This document shows, piece after piece, positions 50,690-63,480 of a DNA stretch of 64,000 bases. Within the stretch, counting starts at the first letter, position 1; each line of letters starts with the position of its first letter. The position numbers and the translations under genes were made by a program. Origin of the DNA: an uncultured Actinomycetota bacterium (GTDB lineage Bacteria > Actinomycetota > Actinomycetes > JACCUZ01); the NCBI GenBank assembly GCA_963846525.1, contig CAWJWE010000014.1:37047-101046 (forward strand), in the 5' to 3' direction. Under the pieces are notes generated by a model. It saw only the letters and a program-made list of their open reading frames with translations. It was not told the origin of the DNA and did not search any database.

Positions 50690-51400
50690 GGCGAACCTAT
50701 CCGGCCCGCGGCCGGCGGGCCCCGGCCGCGGTCGAGGCGCCCGAGCGGTCCACCGGCCGACGCCGAGCAGCAGCGCGGCGTCCAGGTCGGCCGCCGTGTC
50801 GACGTCCCGCCGGAGCGACGGGCAGGGCGTCGGCGCTGATCTCGTGCCCGCCGGAGCCGGCATGTCGGGCCGCCGACCCAGGGCCGAACATCGGCCGGAG
50901 GTCCTCGGCCGCGCGGGCCAGCAGCAGCGTGGTGCCGGTGCCCTTCCGCGTCCCGGACGAAGCTTCGACCGTGACCGGTGCGCGTCGCGCAGCGCCACCG
51001 CGAGCTCCGCCGGGCGCAGCGCCGGGAGGTCGGCTGCGAGGGTGCCGACCGAGGTCCCGGGACGGTGCCGTGACGCGAGCCTCGCGCCGTGCACCAGCGC
51101 CGGGTTCAGACCGGCGTCCGGCTCGTCCCCGGTCACGTCGGCACCGATCGCCGACAGCGCGTTCGCGGCCTGCAGGTCGTCGGTCACGACCTGCACGGCG
51201 CGCGACGACGGGGCAGGCGAGCGCTGCGAGCGTGGTGTCCAGTGCAAAGGCCAGTGCGAGGTCGCCCGGTGGTCGTCGTACGGCGGCCCGAGCCGGGTCT
51301 TGGCCACGGGCAGCCGCTTGACCGGCAGCACCAGGCACCACCGGCGGCTCGCATCGTCCACGGGTCCGATCCTGCCAGTCGCGCTCGACACCGGGACCGG
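50690..51400 (-). CDS. cofC: 2-phospho-L-lactate guanylyltransferase (CofC/FbiD) family, several frameshifts; boundaries approximate.
   Basis: Pieces in alternating minus frames: 'WCLVLPVKRLPVAKTRLG', 'LALAFALDTTLAALACPVVA', 'VQVVTDDLQAANALSAIGADVTGDEPDAGLNPAL', 'GTGTTLLLARAAEDLRPMFGPGSAARHAGSGGHEI', 'DVDTAADLDAALLLGVG'. Same position relative to hupB as I recall for M. tuberculosis Rv2983. Confidence 0.6.
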
Positions 51401-51476
51401 CGGACGGGAGGATGTCGGGCCCGGCGAGCCGACCGGGTCCGTCGCGGGGTCGTAGGGACGAGAGGGCACCGGGTGA

Positions 51477-52260
51477 GTCACGCGCGGTCGCGCCACGGAT
51501 CGCATCGGCTTCTGGTACCGGCTCGCCGTCGTCATCCTGCGGCCGCTGCTGATGATCCTGACCCGGCGCGACTGGCGCGGCGCCGAGCACATCCCGGCCG
51601 ACGGCGGCTTCGTGGTAGTCACGAACCACGTGTCGCACGTCGACCCGCTGACCTTCGCGCACTTCCTCTACGACAACGGCCGGCTGCCGCGCTTCCTCGG
51701 CCAAGGAGGTGCTCTTCCGGCTGTTCTTCGTCGGGCGGGTGCTGCGCGGGGCGAAGCAGATCCCGGTCTACCGCGAGTCCGCGGACGCCGCCCAGGCGTT
51801 CTCCGCGGCGGTGGCGGCGGTCCGGGCGGGCGAGTGCGTCGCCATCTACCCGGAGGCCACGCTGACCCGCGACCCGGAGCTGTGGCCGATGGTCGGCAAG
51901 ACCGGTGCGGCCCGGGTCGCGCTGGAGACCGGCGCCCCGGTGGTGCCGGTGGCCCAGTGGGGACCGCAGCAGCTGCTGCCGCCGTACAGCAAGCGGCCGC
52001 ACCTGTTCCCGCGCAAGACCGATGCACGTCTGGGCCGGTCCGCCGGTGGACCTCGACGGAGTTCGCGGGACCGACCGGTGGACGCGGCGCTGCTGCGCGA
52101 GGTCGACCGAGCGGATCATGGCGGCTGTGACGGCACTGCTCGAGGAGATCCGGGGCGAGCCGGCGCCCGCCGTGCGGTACAACCCGCGCAGCATGGGCGA
52201 GCCGGTGACCGGCAACCCGCGGCGACGGCGCGGCGACGACCGAAGGAGAACCGCATGGCA
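51477..52260 (+). CDS. plsC: 1-acyl-sn-glycerol-3-phosphate acyltransferase (PlsC family), at least three frameshifts; boundaries approximate.
   Basis: '[52 protein letters not shown]' (HxxxxD motif), '[14 protein letters not shown]...[12 protein letters not shown]' (EGTR-like), C-terminus '...[27 protein letters not shown]'. Confidence 0.7.
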
Positions 52261-52306
52261 CCCCACGAAGTCGCTCGCTGCGCTCGCGACTCCGCGGGGA
52301 CCCCGC

Positions 52307-53313
52307 ATGACGCGCGTCGCGGTGCTGGGGACCGGCTCCTGGGGCACCGCGTTCTCGATGGTCCTGGCCGACGCCGGTGCCGACGTCGTGCTCTGGGGCC
52401 GCCGGGCCGAGGTCGTCGCACGCGATCACCGACCAGCCACGAGAACCCCGACTACCTGCCGGGCATCCCGCTGCCCGAGACCGTGCGAGCCACCGCCGAC
52501 GCGGCCGAAGCGCTCGACGGCGCCGAGGTCGTCGTGCTCGCGGTCCCGTCGCAGACGCTGCGCGGCAACCTCGACCGAGTGGCAGCCGCTGCTGCCGCCG
52601 GACTGCGTGCTCGTCAGCCTGATGAAGGGCATCGAGCTCGGCACCACCCGACGCATGAGCGAGGTGATCGCCGAGACGACCGGTGCCGCGCCGGAGCGCA
52701 TCGCCGTCGTCTCCGGCCCCAACCTGGCCAAGGAGATCGCCCAGCGGCAGCCGGCCGCCAGCGTCGTCGCGTGCGTCGACGAGGCGGTCGCGGAGAAGCT
52801 GCAGCAGGTCTGCCTGACGGCGTACTTCCGGCCCTACACGAACACCGACGTGGTCGGGCGTCGAGCTCGGCGGCGCGGTGAAGAACGTCATCGCACTCGC
52901 GGTCGGCATGGCCAAGGGCATGGGCATGGGCGACAACTCGCAGGCCTCGATCATCACCCGCGGGCTCGCCGAGATCACCCGGCTCGGTCTGGCGCTCGGC
53001 GCCGACGCCGCCACCTTCGCCGGGCCTCGCCGGGGTCGGCGACCTGGTCGCCACCTGCATGTCGCCGCTGTCGCGCAACCGCACGTTCGGCGAGAACCTC
53101 GGCAAGGGGATGACGCTGGACGAGGTGGTGCACGCGACCAGGCAGACCGCCGAGGGCGTGAAGTCCGCCGAGTCGATCCTGGCCCTCGCCCGGGCGCACG
53201 ACGTCGACATGCCGATCATCGAGCACGTCGTCGCTGCCGTGCACGACGGGCTGCCGCCGGGCGAGATCGTCCGGCGCATCATGAGCCGCTCGGCCAAGTC
53301 CGAGGCCGACTGA
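52307..53313 (+). CDS. gpsA: NAD(P)H-dependent glycerol-3-phosphate dehydrogenase, frameshifted at least three times.
   Basis: '[38 protein letters not shown]', '[40 protein letters not shown]', '[22 protein letters not shown]', '[35 protein letters not shown]', C-terminal '[17 protein letters not shown]'. Confidence 0.9.
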
Positions 53314-53319
53314 GGCGGG

Positions 53320-56045
<2,726 letters not shown>

Positions 56046-56058
56046 GCCGGTCGAAGGG

Positions 56059-56302
56059 TCAGAGGTGGACGACCGGGCAGGTCAGCGTCCGGGTGATGCC
56101 GTCGACGCCCTGCACCTTGGCGACGACCAGCTTGCCGAGCTCGTCGACGTTCTTGGCCTCGGCGCGGACGATCACGTCGTAGGGACCGGTGACGTCCTCG
56201 GCCTGGGTGACGCCCTTGATGCTCGGCGATCTCGCGGGCCACGGCGGCCGCCTTGCCGACCTCGGTCTGGATGAGGATGTAGGCCTGGACAACCATCGGC
56301 AT
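56059..56302 (-). CDS. Small Lrp/AsnC-ligand-binding-domain protein (about 80 aa), one frameshift.
   Basis: 'MPMVVQAYILIQTEVGKAAAVAREIAE', a shift after one extra 'c' in 'gagcatcaag', then 'IKGVTQAEDVTGPYDVIVRAEAKNVDELGKLVVAKVQGVDGITRTLTCPVVHL'. Confidence 0.65.
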
Positions 56303-56407
56303 GGCCTCTCTTCGTAGAGTTCCGGTCGCATCGCGCGGCACCCGTGGGCGCCGCTCGCGTGCGAACCTACCGGATCGTGTCCGGGGGATGACCAGCGAGG
56401 GAGCGAG

Positions 56408-56587
56408 ATGAGCGGCACCGTGGGTGACCTCGGCGAGATGGACCTCGTCGAGGCTGTCGTCGCCCGGCTCGGGACCACCGCCGCGGTGCTGCTCGGGCCG
56501 GGCGACGACGCAGCCGTGGTGGCCGCTGCCGACGGCCGGGTCGTCGTCACCACCGACGTGCTGGTCGAGGGCCGGCACTTCAGAGGT
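56408..56587 (+). pseudogene. thiL: Thiamine-monophosphate kinase, N-terminal 60 aa only; truncated at a junction.
   Basis: 'MDLVEAVVARLGTTAAVLLGPGDDAAVVAAADGRVVVTTDVLVEGRHFR'. After that, no frame continues as ThiL. The downstream sequence is the reverse complement of an unrelated gene fragment. Confidence 0.7.
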
Positions 56588-56932
56588 TCATCTCGATGAC
56601 CGGTGAAGGCTGCTCGAAGGCGCGCGCGACGACCTCGAGCCGCGCCCCCGGATCGGTACCCAAGGGGCCGAACATCGGCGAATGCCAGTTGGCCGGCGCC
56701 CGGAGCCGACCCCGCTGTTGAACCATCGGCAGGATCGCGGCGAGCTCGCCCTCGCGCCGGACCTCGATCGTCCGCAGCTCACCGTCGCCGAACGCACGCT
56801 GCCAGGCCGCGATCCAGCCTGGACGTAGAAAGGGAGGCGCCTGAGCACGGTCGGCAAGCTCATCCCAGTCCTCAGCAGCCCTGGGAGAGATTCCGCCACG
56901 GCGCCGCCCGGATCGCCGATCGTATCTGCCAT
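56580..56932 (-). pseudogene. N-terminal fragment of a CelD/BioF2-like GNAT (Acetyltransf_6) protein; truncated and frameshifted.
   Basis: Minus-strand 'MADTIGDPGG..' then 'DWDELADRAQAPPFLRPGWIAAWQRAFGDGELRTIEVRREGELAAILPMVQQRGRLRAPANWHSPMFGPLGTDPGARLEVVARAFEQPSPVIEMNL*'. Stops about 100 aa in, abutting the thiL fragment. Confidence 0.45.
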
Positions 56933-57010
56933 CTCAACCGACACTGTATGCCCAATTGGGGCGGGAAGCGACCCAATTTGATCAAGATAAAAACACCGTA
57001 GCCGGGCGGG

Positions 57011-57490
57011 TTAGTACGACAACTCGAAGGCGGGAGGATCGGCGGGCGCTCCGACGGTCCTCCCGGCGGCCTCGAGCAGGTGGTCGAGGGTGAGGGCGTC
57101 GGCGTCGACGGTGAGGGCGAGGCCGCGCCGCGAGAGTTCGCCGGCGATCTGGGTCTGGTGGTCGTCGACGTGCTCGCCGTGCGCGAGGCGGCGCGGGACG
57201 AGCACCGGGCACTTGCCGACCTCGAGGGCGGCGAGCGCGGTGCCGACGCCGGCGTGGGCGACGACGACGTCGGCCTCGCGCATCGCCTCGCGACAGCTCG
57301 CGTTCGGGGAGCGCGTGGCGGCCGTCGATGCCGAGCCCGCTGACGTCGGTGTCGCCGGTCTGCCAGAGCACGTCGGCCTCGGGCGGGAGGATCTCCAGCA
57401 GCCGCCGCGACGAGCCGCTCGAAGCCGATGTCCTTGAAGGTGCCAAGGGTGACGACGACCTTGCGCGATCCGGCGCTGGGCTGCGGTCGT
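57011..57490 (-). CDS. Alg13-like glycosyltransferase (Glyco_tran_28_C; PssE/Cps14G/EpsF-type), two frameshifts.
   Basis: 'KVVVTLGTFKDIGFERLV', 'LLEILPPEADVLWQTG', 'AMREADVVVAHAGVGTALAALEVGKCPVLVPRRLAHGEHVDDHQTQIAGELSRRGLALTV...'. Confidence 0.6.
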   Translation of the reverse strand, partial: TTAAQRRIAQGRRHPWHLQGHRLRAARRGGCWRSSRPRPTCSGRPATPTSAGSASTAATRSPNASCREAMREADVVVAHAGVGTALAALEVGKCPVLVPRRLAHGEHVDDHQTQIAGELSRRGLALTVDADALTLDHLLEAAGRTVGAPADPPAFELSY

Positions 57491-57990
57491 CGCCTCGACG
57501 GCTCGAAGGAGTCGAACACCGAGCCGCGGAACTGCCAGCGCCCGCCGGCCCAGCCCGGGTACTGCGCGTAGAGGTTGCACGCCCGGGATGCGCGGCGATC
57601 ATGCCGGCCGGTCATCGACGGCCCGTCGCTGCGCGCGGCGCTCTCGATGTAGTGGCAGTCGCAGGCCGCGCGCCCGGCCGAGCGCGAAGAACGGCAGCGC
57701 GATCGCCGAGCCGGTGCTGACCATCGTGCTCGACGTCGGTCTCGCGCAGGATGCGGCGCGCGTAGCGGGAGGTTGCGAGCACGTTGCGCGGGTCGCGGCC
57801 GCCGACGAAGGGGACGTAGTCGACCGTGCTCGCCGGCGAGCAGCGAGCGGCTCTGCGGGCGTGTCGAAGGTGGCCCAGCGGAACGGGCCGTCGACGCCGT
57901 CCAGCCGCCGGTGCAGCCGGTGCAGCTGCTTCAGGTGCCCGCCGGTCGAGGCGACGAGCAGCGTGGTCAACGAGCTGCCCCAGTACTCGT
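57490..57990 (-). CDS. Alg14-like membrane-anchoring glycosyltransferase subunit (PssD/Cps14F-type), frameshifted.
   Basis: 'LLVASTGGHLKQLHRLHRRLDGVDGPFRWATFDTP', 'VDYVPFVGGRDPRNVLA', 'VSTGSAIALPFFALGRARGL', 'NLYAQYPGWAGGRWQFRGSVFDSFEP'. Immediately upstream of the Alg13-like gene. Confidence 0.6.
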
Positions 57991-58845
57991 GCGACACGAG
58001 GTCGCGGGTGCTGCTGGATGTTGCCGGGCGCTCGAGGCGCCGAACACGATCGACTCGAGGTTCGGCTGCGCGCAGACCCACTCGATCGCCTCGCTCGGCG
58101 GGATCGCGCCCGGAGGCGAAGACCGACATCGCGATCGCGCGGAACCGGCGCTCGCGCAGCGCCTGCTCGTAGGCCTCGAGCCCGCCGCACATGCGGAAGC
58201 CGATCTTGTTGATGTTGGAGCAGACGATCGGGTTCTCGATGCCGACCTCCTCGAGCACGTGGCGAGCAGCGCCGGCAGGTTCATCGTGATGAAGCCCGGC
58301 TCGGCGTCGTAGCGCTCCTGCACGTGGTCGGCGAAGATGCGGAAGGCGTCCTTGAAGCCGAGGCCCAGCAGCAGGTCGACGACCACGTTCTGGAGGAAGA
58401 TCACCGGCGTCCGGAGGCCCTCGAACATCTTCATCTCGGCGTCGATCAGCAGCGTCGTGATCGCCCTCGATGTCCTTCTTCGCCATCGAGCGCGCCGCCG
58501 CGGATGCGCCGCGTCGACCAGCCCCTCGTCGGGCAGGAAGCGCTTGACCGCGCCGAGCATGCCGTCCTCGGTGACGGCGTTGGCGTACTTGTGGGCGTAG
58601 GGCATGCAGGGGTAGAAGGTGAAGTCCGCGTAGCGCTCGGGGTTCGCCCGCACGTGGTCGCAGACCTGCGCGATCCGGTCGTGCGTCGTGCACATGAACG
58701 TGCGCACGCCCTCGTCGTAGGCGGCGTCGAGGACGTCGATGACCGCGTCGAGTCACTGGAAGCGCATCGCCTGGGCGCGCGCCTTCTCCTCCGACATGTG
58801 GTTGACGCCGAAGAACTGGTTGTCGCCGAACAGCAGGCGGTCCAT
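57990..58845 (-). CDS. Enzyme of unrecognised family (about 285 aa), frameshifted.
   Basis: ATG at 58845 overlaps the Gfo/Idh/MocA stop (TGATG). 'MDRLLFGDNQFFGVNHMSEEKARAQAMRFQ', 'VRTFMCTTHDRIAQVCDHVRANPERYADFTFYPCMPYAHKYANAV', 'IDAEMKMFEGLRTPVIFLQNVVVDLLLGLGFKDAFRIFADHVQERYDAEPGFITMNLPALLA', 'VGIENPIVCSNINKIGFRMCGGLEAYEQALRERRFRAIAMSVFASGAIPPSEAIEWVCAQPNLESIVFGASSAR'. Confidence 0.35.
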
Positions 58846-58847
58846 CA

Positions 58848-59997
58848 CGGCTCCCTCAGCCCGCCCGGCGACCGCGGGCTGCGGCGCGTCCGCGGGATCG
58901 GCAGCCGGCGCCGCGCTCGCCGGCGCGGCGCGGGCGCGGCGCCGGCCGTCTGCGGCGTGTCGACGCGGCCTTGCTCGGCGTCGGCGATCATCATCGCGAT
59001 CACGCGGTCGGTCACGGCGGCGCTCGGCGAAGTCGTTGACGCCGTCGACGTCCGCCGCCTCGCACGCTGCTCGACGAAGTGCTCGATCTGCGCGCTGTAC
59101 TCCTCGCCGCGCAGGTAGAACCAGACCGGCTCGGTCAGCTCGGTCGTGTAGCGGACGTTCCAGCCCGCGCTCGTAGCCCTCGGCGGGACGGCGCCGTGTC
59201 GCGCAGGTAGACCTGGCATCTCCTGGCGGTCGGCGAAGATCCGCCCCTCCGTGCCCCAGACCGTGATCCGGGTCGTCATCTTGCGGTGGGACTCGTCGGA
59301 CCAGTTGACCGAGATCTGCGCGCTCTTCGCCGCCGGGGAAGTAGAGGGTGCCGTAGACCTCGTCGTCGGTCTCGCGCGAGAAGATGCGGCTGAGCACGGT
59401 GCCCGCCGACGCCGGTCGGCTCGCCGAGGTACCAGTTGAGGAGGTTGATCGGGTGCGCGGCGTAGTCGTAGAGGCAGCCGCCGCCCTCCGCCGCGCGGCT
59501 GCGCCAGGTGCCGCCCTTGGGCTTGAGCACGACCGGGCCGTAGGCCTCGCCGAGGACGTGGGTGACCTCGCCGATCGCGCCGGCGTCGAGCAGCGCGCTT
59601 GACCTCGCGGAAGGCGCCGACGAAGCGGTTGTGGTAGCCGACCTGGGTGACCAGCGCCGCGCTCGCTCGGCGAGCGCGGTCAGCGCCTCGGCGTCGCGCG
59701 GAGTCGAGCGTGAAGCGGCTTCTCGCAGAACACGTGCAGGCCGCGCTCGAGCGCCGCGCGGACCATGGCCGCGTGGGCGCGCGACGGCGTCGCGATCACG
59801 ACCGCGTCGAGGTCGACCTCGCGCAGCATCGCGCTCGTAGTCGTTGTAGGCGCGTGACGCCCGTGTACTTCTCGAGCACGCCGAGCACGTAGCTCGAGGA
59901 GTCGCAGGCGACCGCCCTCGACCTCCGGGTGCGCGTGCAGGATGGCGTGATGGGACAGCCCCATCTTGCCGAGGCCGACGACGCCCACCTTGATCAT
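58848..59997 (-). CDS. Gfo/Idh/MocA-family NAD(P)-dependent oxidoreductase (sugar-nucleotide dehydrogenase-like), frameshifted.
   Basis: N-terminus 'MIKVGVVGLGKMGLSHHAILHAHPEV' (Rossmann). 'DLDAVVIATPSRAHAAMVRAALERGLHVFCEKP', 'LLDAGAIGEVTHVLGEAYGPVVLKPKGGTWRS...GGGCLYDYAAHPINLLNWYLGEPTGVGG', 'EVYGTLYFPGG', 'YSAQIEHFVE'. Confidence 0.7.
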
Positions 59998-60037
59998 GAG
60001 GCCGCCTTCGACACGATCGGCGCGGCCCCTGCTGCGC

Positions 60038-61854
60038 TACCCCAGGCGCTGCTCTAGCGCCTCCAGCTGGGATTTCACCTGACTCGGCAAGCGGTCGCCG
60101 AACTTGGCCAGGTGCTCCTTCACCTGGGGCAGCTGGGCCTTGACCAGCGTCGGTGTCGACGCTGAGCAGCTCGCTCATCGCCTCGTCGGAGATCTCGAGG
60201 CCGTCGGTGTTGATCTCGCCCTCGGCCGGCAGCAGCCCGATCGGCGTCTCGACCGCCTCGCCCTCGCCGTCGCAGCGGCGGAAGACCCACTCGAGCACGC
60301 GGCTGTTCTCGCCGAAGCCGGGCCAGAGGAACTTGCCGTCGGCGTCCTTGCGGAACCAGTTGACGTAGAAGACCCGCGGCAGCTTCGCGCCCTCGCGCTC
60401 GGCCGATCTTCAGCCAGTGGGCGAAGTAGTCGGCCATGTTGTAGCCGCAGAAGGGCAGCATCGCCATCGGGTCGAAGCGCAGCTCGCCGACCTCGCCGGC
60501 CGCCGCGGCGGTCGTCTCCGAGGACATCGTCGCGCCCATGAAGACGCCGTGCTCCCAGTCGAACGCCTCCTGGACCAGCGGCACCACCGTCGCGCGGCGG
60601 CCGCCGAAGAGGAAGGCGTCGATCGGCACGCCGGCCGGGTCCTCCCACTCGGGCGCGATGCACGGGCACTGCGCGGCGGGGGTGGTGAAGCGGGCGTTGG
60701 GATGGGCGGCGGGGTCATCGGAGTCCGGCGTCCACTCGTTGCCGTGCCAGTCGATCGCGTGGGCCGGCGGCTCGCCGGTCATCCCCTCCCACCAGATGTC
60801 GCCGTCGTCGGTCTTGGCGCAGTTGGTGAAGATCGAGTTGCGCTCGATCGTCTCCATCGCGTTGGGGTTGGTCTTGTGGCTGGTGTTCGGCGCGACGCCG
60901 AAGAAGCCGGCCTCGGGGTTGACCGCGTAGAGGCGGCCGTCGTCGCCGAACTTCATCCAGGCGATGTCGTCGCCGACCGTCTCGACCTTCCAGCCCGGCA
61001 GGGTCGGGATCAGCATCGCCAGGTTGGTCTTGCCGCAGGCCGAGGGGAAGGCGCCGGTGACGTACTTGACGCTCGCCCTCGGGCGAGGTCAGCTTGAGGA
61101 TCAGCATGTGCTCGGCCATCCAGCCCTCGTCGCGCGCCATCGCCGAGGCGATCCGCAGCGCGAAGCACTTCTTGCCGAGCAGCGCGTTGCCGCCGTAGCC
61201 GGAGCCGAAGGACCAGATCTCGCGGCGTCTCCGGGTAGTGGACGATGTACTTGTTGTCCTCGTTGCAGGGCCAGGGGACGTCCTCGGCGCCCTCGGCCAG
61301 CGGCATCCCGACCGAGTGCACGCAGGGGACGAACTCGCCGTCGGTCGCCGAGCACGTCGAGGCGCCGGCTTGCCCATCCGGGTCATGATCCGCATCGAGA
61401 CCGCGACGTAGGCGGAGTCGGTCAGCTGCACGCCGATGTGGGAGATCTCGGAGCCGAGCGGGCCCATCGAGAACGGCACCACGTACATCGTGCGGCCGCT
61501 CATGCGAGCCCTTGAAGAGGCCGTTCAGCGTCTCGCGCATCTCGGCCGGGTCGCGCCAGTTGTTGGTCGGGCCGGCGTCCTCCTCGCTTCTCGGAGCAGA
61601 TGAAGGTGCGGTCCTCGACCCGGGCGACGTCGGCGGGGTCGGAGAGGGCGAGGTAGGAGTTCGGGCGCTTGGCGTCGGAGAGGCGCTCGAAGGTCCCCGC
61701 GTCGATCAGCGTCCTGCGCAGAGGCGGTCGTACTCCTCGGCGGAGCCGTCGCACCAGTGGATCGGAGTCGGGCTGGGTCAGGGCGGCGATCTCCCCGACC
61801 CAGTCGAGCAGCTTGGCGTGGGTGGTCAGTGGGGGCCGTGGTCAGGTCGCTCAT
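60038..61854 (-). CDS. pckG: Phosphoenolpyruvate carboxykinase (GTP), many frameshifts.
   Basis: N-terminus '[12 protein letters not shown]', '[27 protein letters not shown]', 'TLNGLFKGS...[13 protein letters not shown]', '[48 protein letters not shown]', '[43 protein letters not shown]', C-terminus '[35 protein letters not shown]...LEALEQRLG*'. Confidence 0.9.
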
Positions 61855-62244
61855 TCGCCTCTCTCTATTTGTTCGTTCCGAGGCCGACGAGACTGATGTC
61901 GGCATCCTTGTTCCGGATCTTCAAGGTCGCGATTTCCTGCGGCCATCGGCGAAATCACGGTACAGGTGAAGGTCGCGCCCGTCTCGACCTCTTGTCGGAT
62001 GGGCAATCGACGGCCTTGATCTTCTCGTGAGCGATTTCTCGAGGCTCGCTTGGATCGTGTCCTCGGCCTTCGTGCCGTCGATCACGGTTTCGCCGCAGCC
62101 GAGCGGCAAACGTCGCCGGGCGCAGGGCGAATGCGCGACGCGAGGCGGAAAGCGGATCGTCCCTTCGGACAGGGCTCACCCGTGAGTATTCCAAGCGAGG
62201 GCGACCCGGCGCACTCGCCGGTCGGGTAGGGTTCCGCGCCGCTG

Positions 62245-63480
62245 ATGCGCTTCTACGAGTACGAGGCCCGCAAGATCGTCGAGCTGGCGGGGATTCCCGG
62301 TCACCAAGTACGGCTTCTGCACGACCGCCGAGCAGGCGCGCGAGGCCGCCGAGGAGATCGGCGGGCCGGTCGTGATCAAGTCCCAGGTGCTGACCGGCGG
62401 GCGGATGAAGGCCGGCGGCGTCAAGTTCGCCGACACCCCCGAGGAGGCCGCCGAGCACGCCGAGGAGATCCTCAAGCTGGAGATCGCCGGCCACATGCCG
62501 CGCGGCGTCCTCGTCGACCCCAAGGCCGAGGTCAAGCAGGAGTACTACGCCGGCGTCGTCTGGGACGGGACGCGCGAAGCGGCCGATGATGCTGTTCAGC
62601 GACATGGGCGGCATCGACATCGAGGAGGTCGCCGAGAAGCATCCCGACCACGTCGGCCGCGGCCACGTCTCCAACCTGCATGCCGATCTCCGACTTCGAG
62701 GCCAAGCAGGTGATCGCCGCGACCGGGGTCACCGGCTCGCAGCTGAACCGCGCCACGCCGATCCTCGCCCGCCTCGCCCGCCTCTTCCGCGACTACGACA
62801 TGACGCTGGCCGAGATCAACCCGCTGGCCGAGCTGACCGACGGCAGCTTCGTCGCCCTCGACGCCCACATGGAGATGGAGGACGAGGCGGTCGGCCGGCA
62901 GAAGAAGCTGCTGCGCAAGCAGCTCGAGATCGCCGAGGACGACACCCGCGAGACCTACGAGCCCTCCGACTTCGAGCGCAACGTCAAGCCGCGATCGACG
63001 CCGCCGACCACCGCGGCGTGATCCAGGGCAAGGACCACGGCTTCTCCGGCAACCTCGGCCTGGTGATCGGCGCCGGCGGCGGCTCGCTGACGCTGACCGA
63101 CGCGGTCCGCAGCCAGGGCGGCAAGCCCGCCAACTACTCCGAGATCGGCGGCAACCCCTCGGTCGCCAAGGCCTGCGGCCTGGCCAAGGAGGTCCTGAAG
63201 AAGGACGGCGTCGAGAAGATCGCGGTGATGATGTCGATCGTCTCCAACACCCGGGTCGACATCGTCGCCCGCGGCGTGATCAAGGCCTGCCTGGAGCTGG
63301 GCAAGGACCCCGGCGAGACGATCGCGATCTTCCGCATCCCCGGCGCCTGGGAGGACGAGGGCTTCAAGATCCTCGAGCGCTACGGGGTCGAGTACTGCGA
63401 CCGCTCGGTCTCGATGTGGGAGGCGGCCGGCCGCGCCGTCGCCAAGATCCAGGGAGCGCCGGCATGTGCATCCTGCTGAC
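62245..63480 (+). CDS. sucC: Succinate--CoA ligase beta-subunit-like ATP-grasp protein, frameshifted at least three times.
   Basis: 'MRFYEYEARKIVELAGIP', 'GGPVVIKSQVLTGGRMKAGGVKFADTPEEAAEHAEEIL', 'MTLAEINPLAELTDGSFVALDAHMEM', 'SGNLGLVIGAGGGSLTLTDAVRSQGGKPANYSEIGGNPSVAKACGLAKEVLK...VMMSIVSNTRVDIVARGVIKA'. Confidence 0.75.

Noticed and set aside
61855-62244. ORF 61955..62674(-) in the pckG–sucC intergenic region.
   Set aside because: It is antisense to the sucC 5' end and has low-complexity composition. The roughly 390-bp divergent promoter region has somewhat lower GC but no recognisable RNA element.
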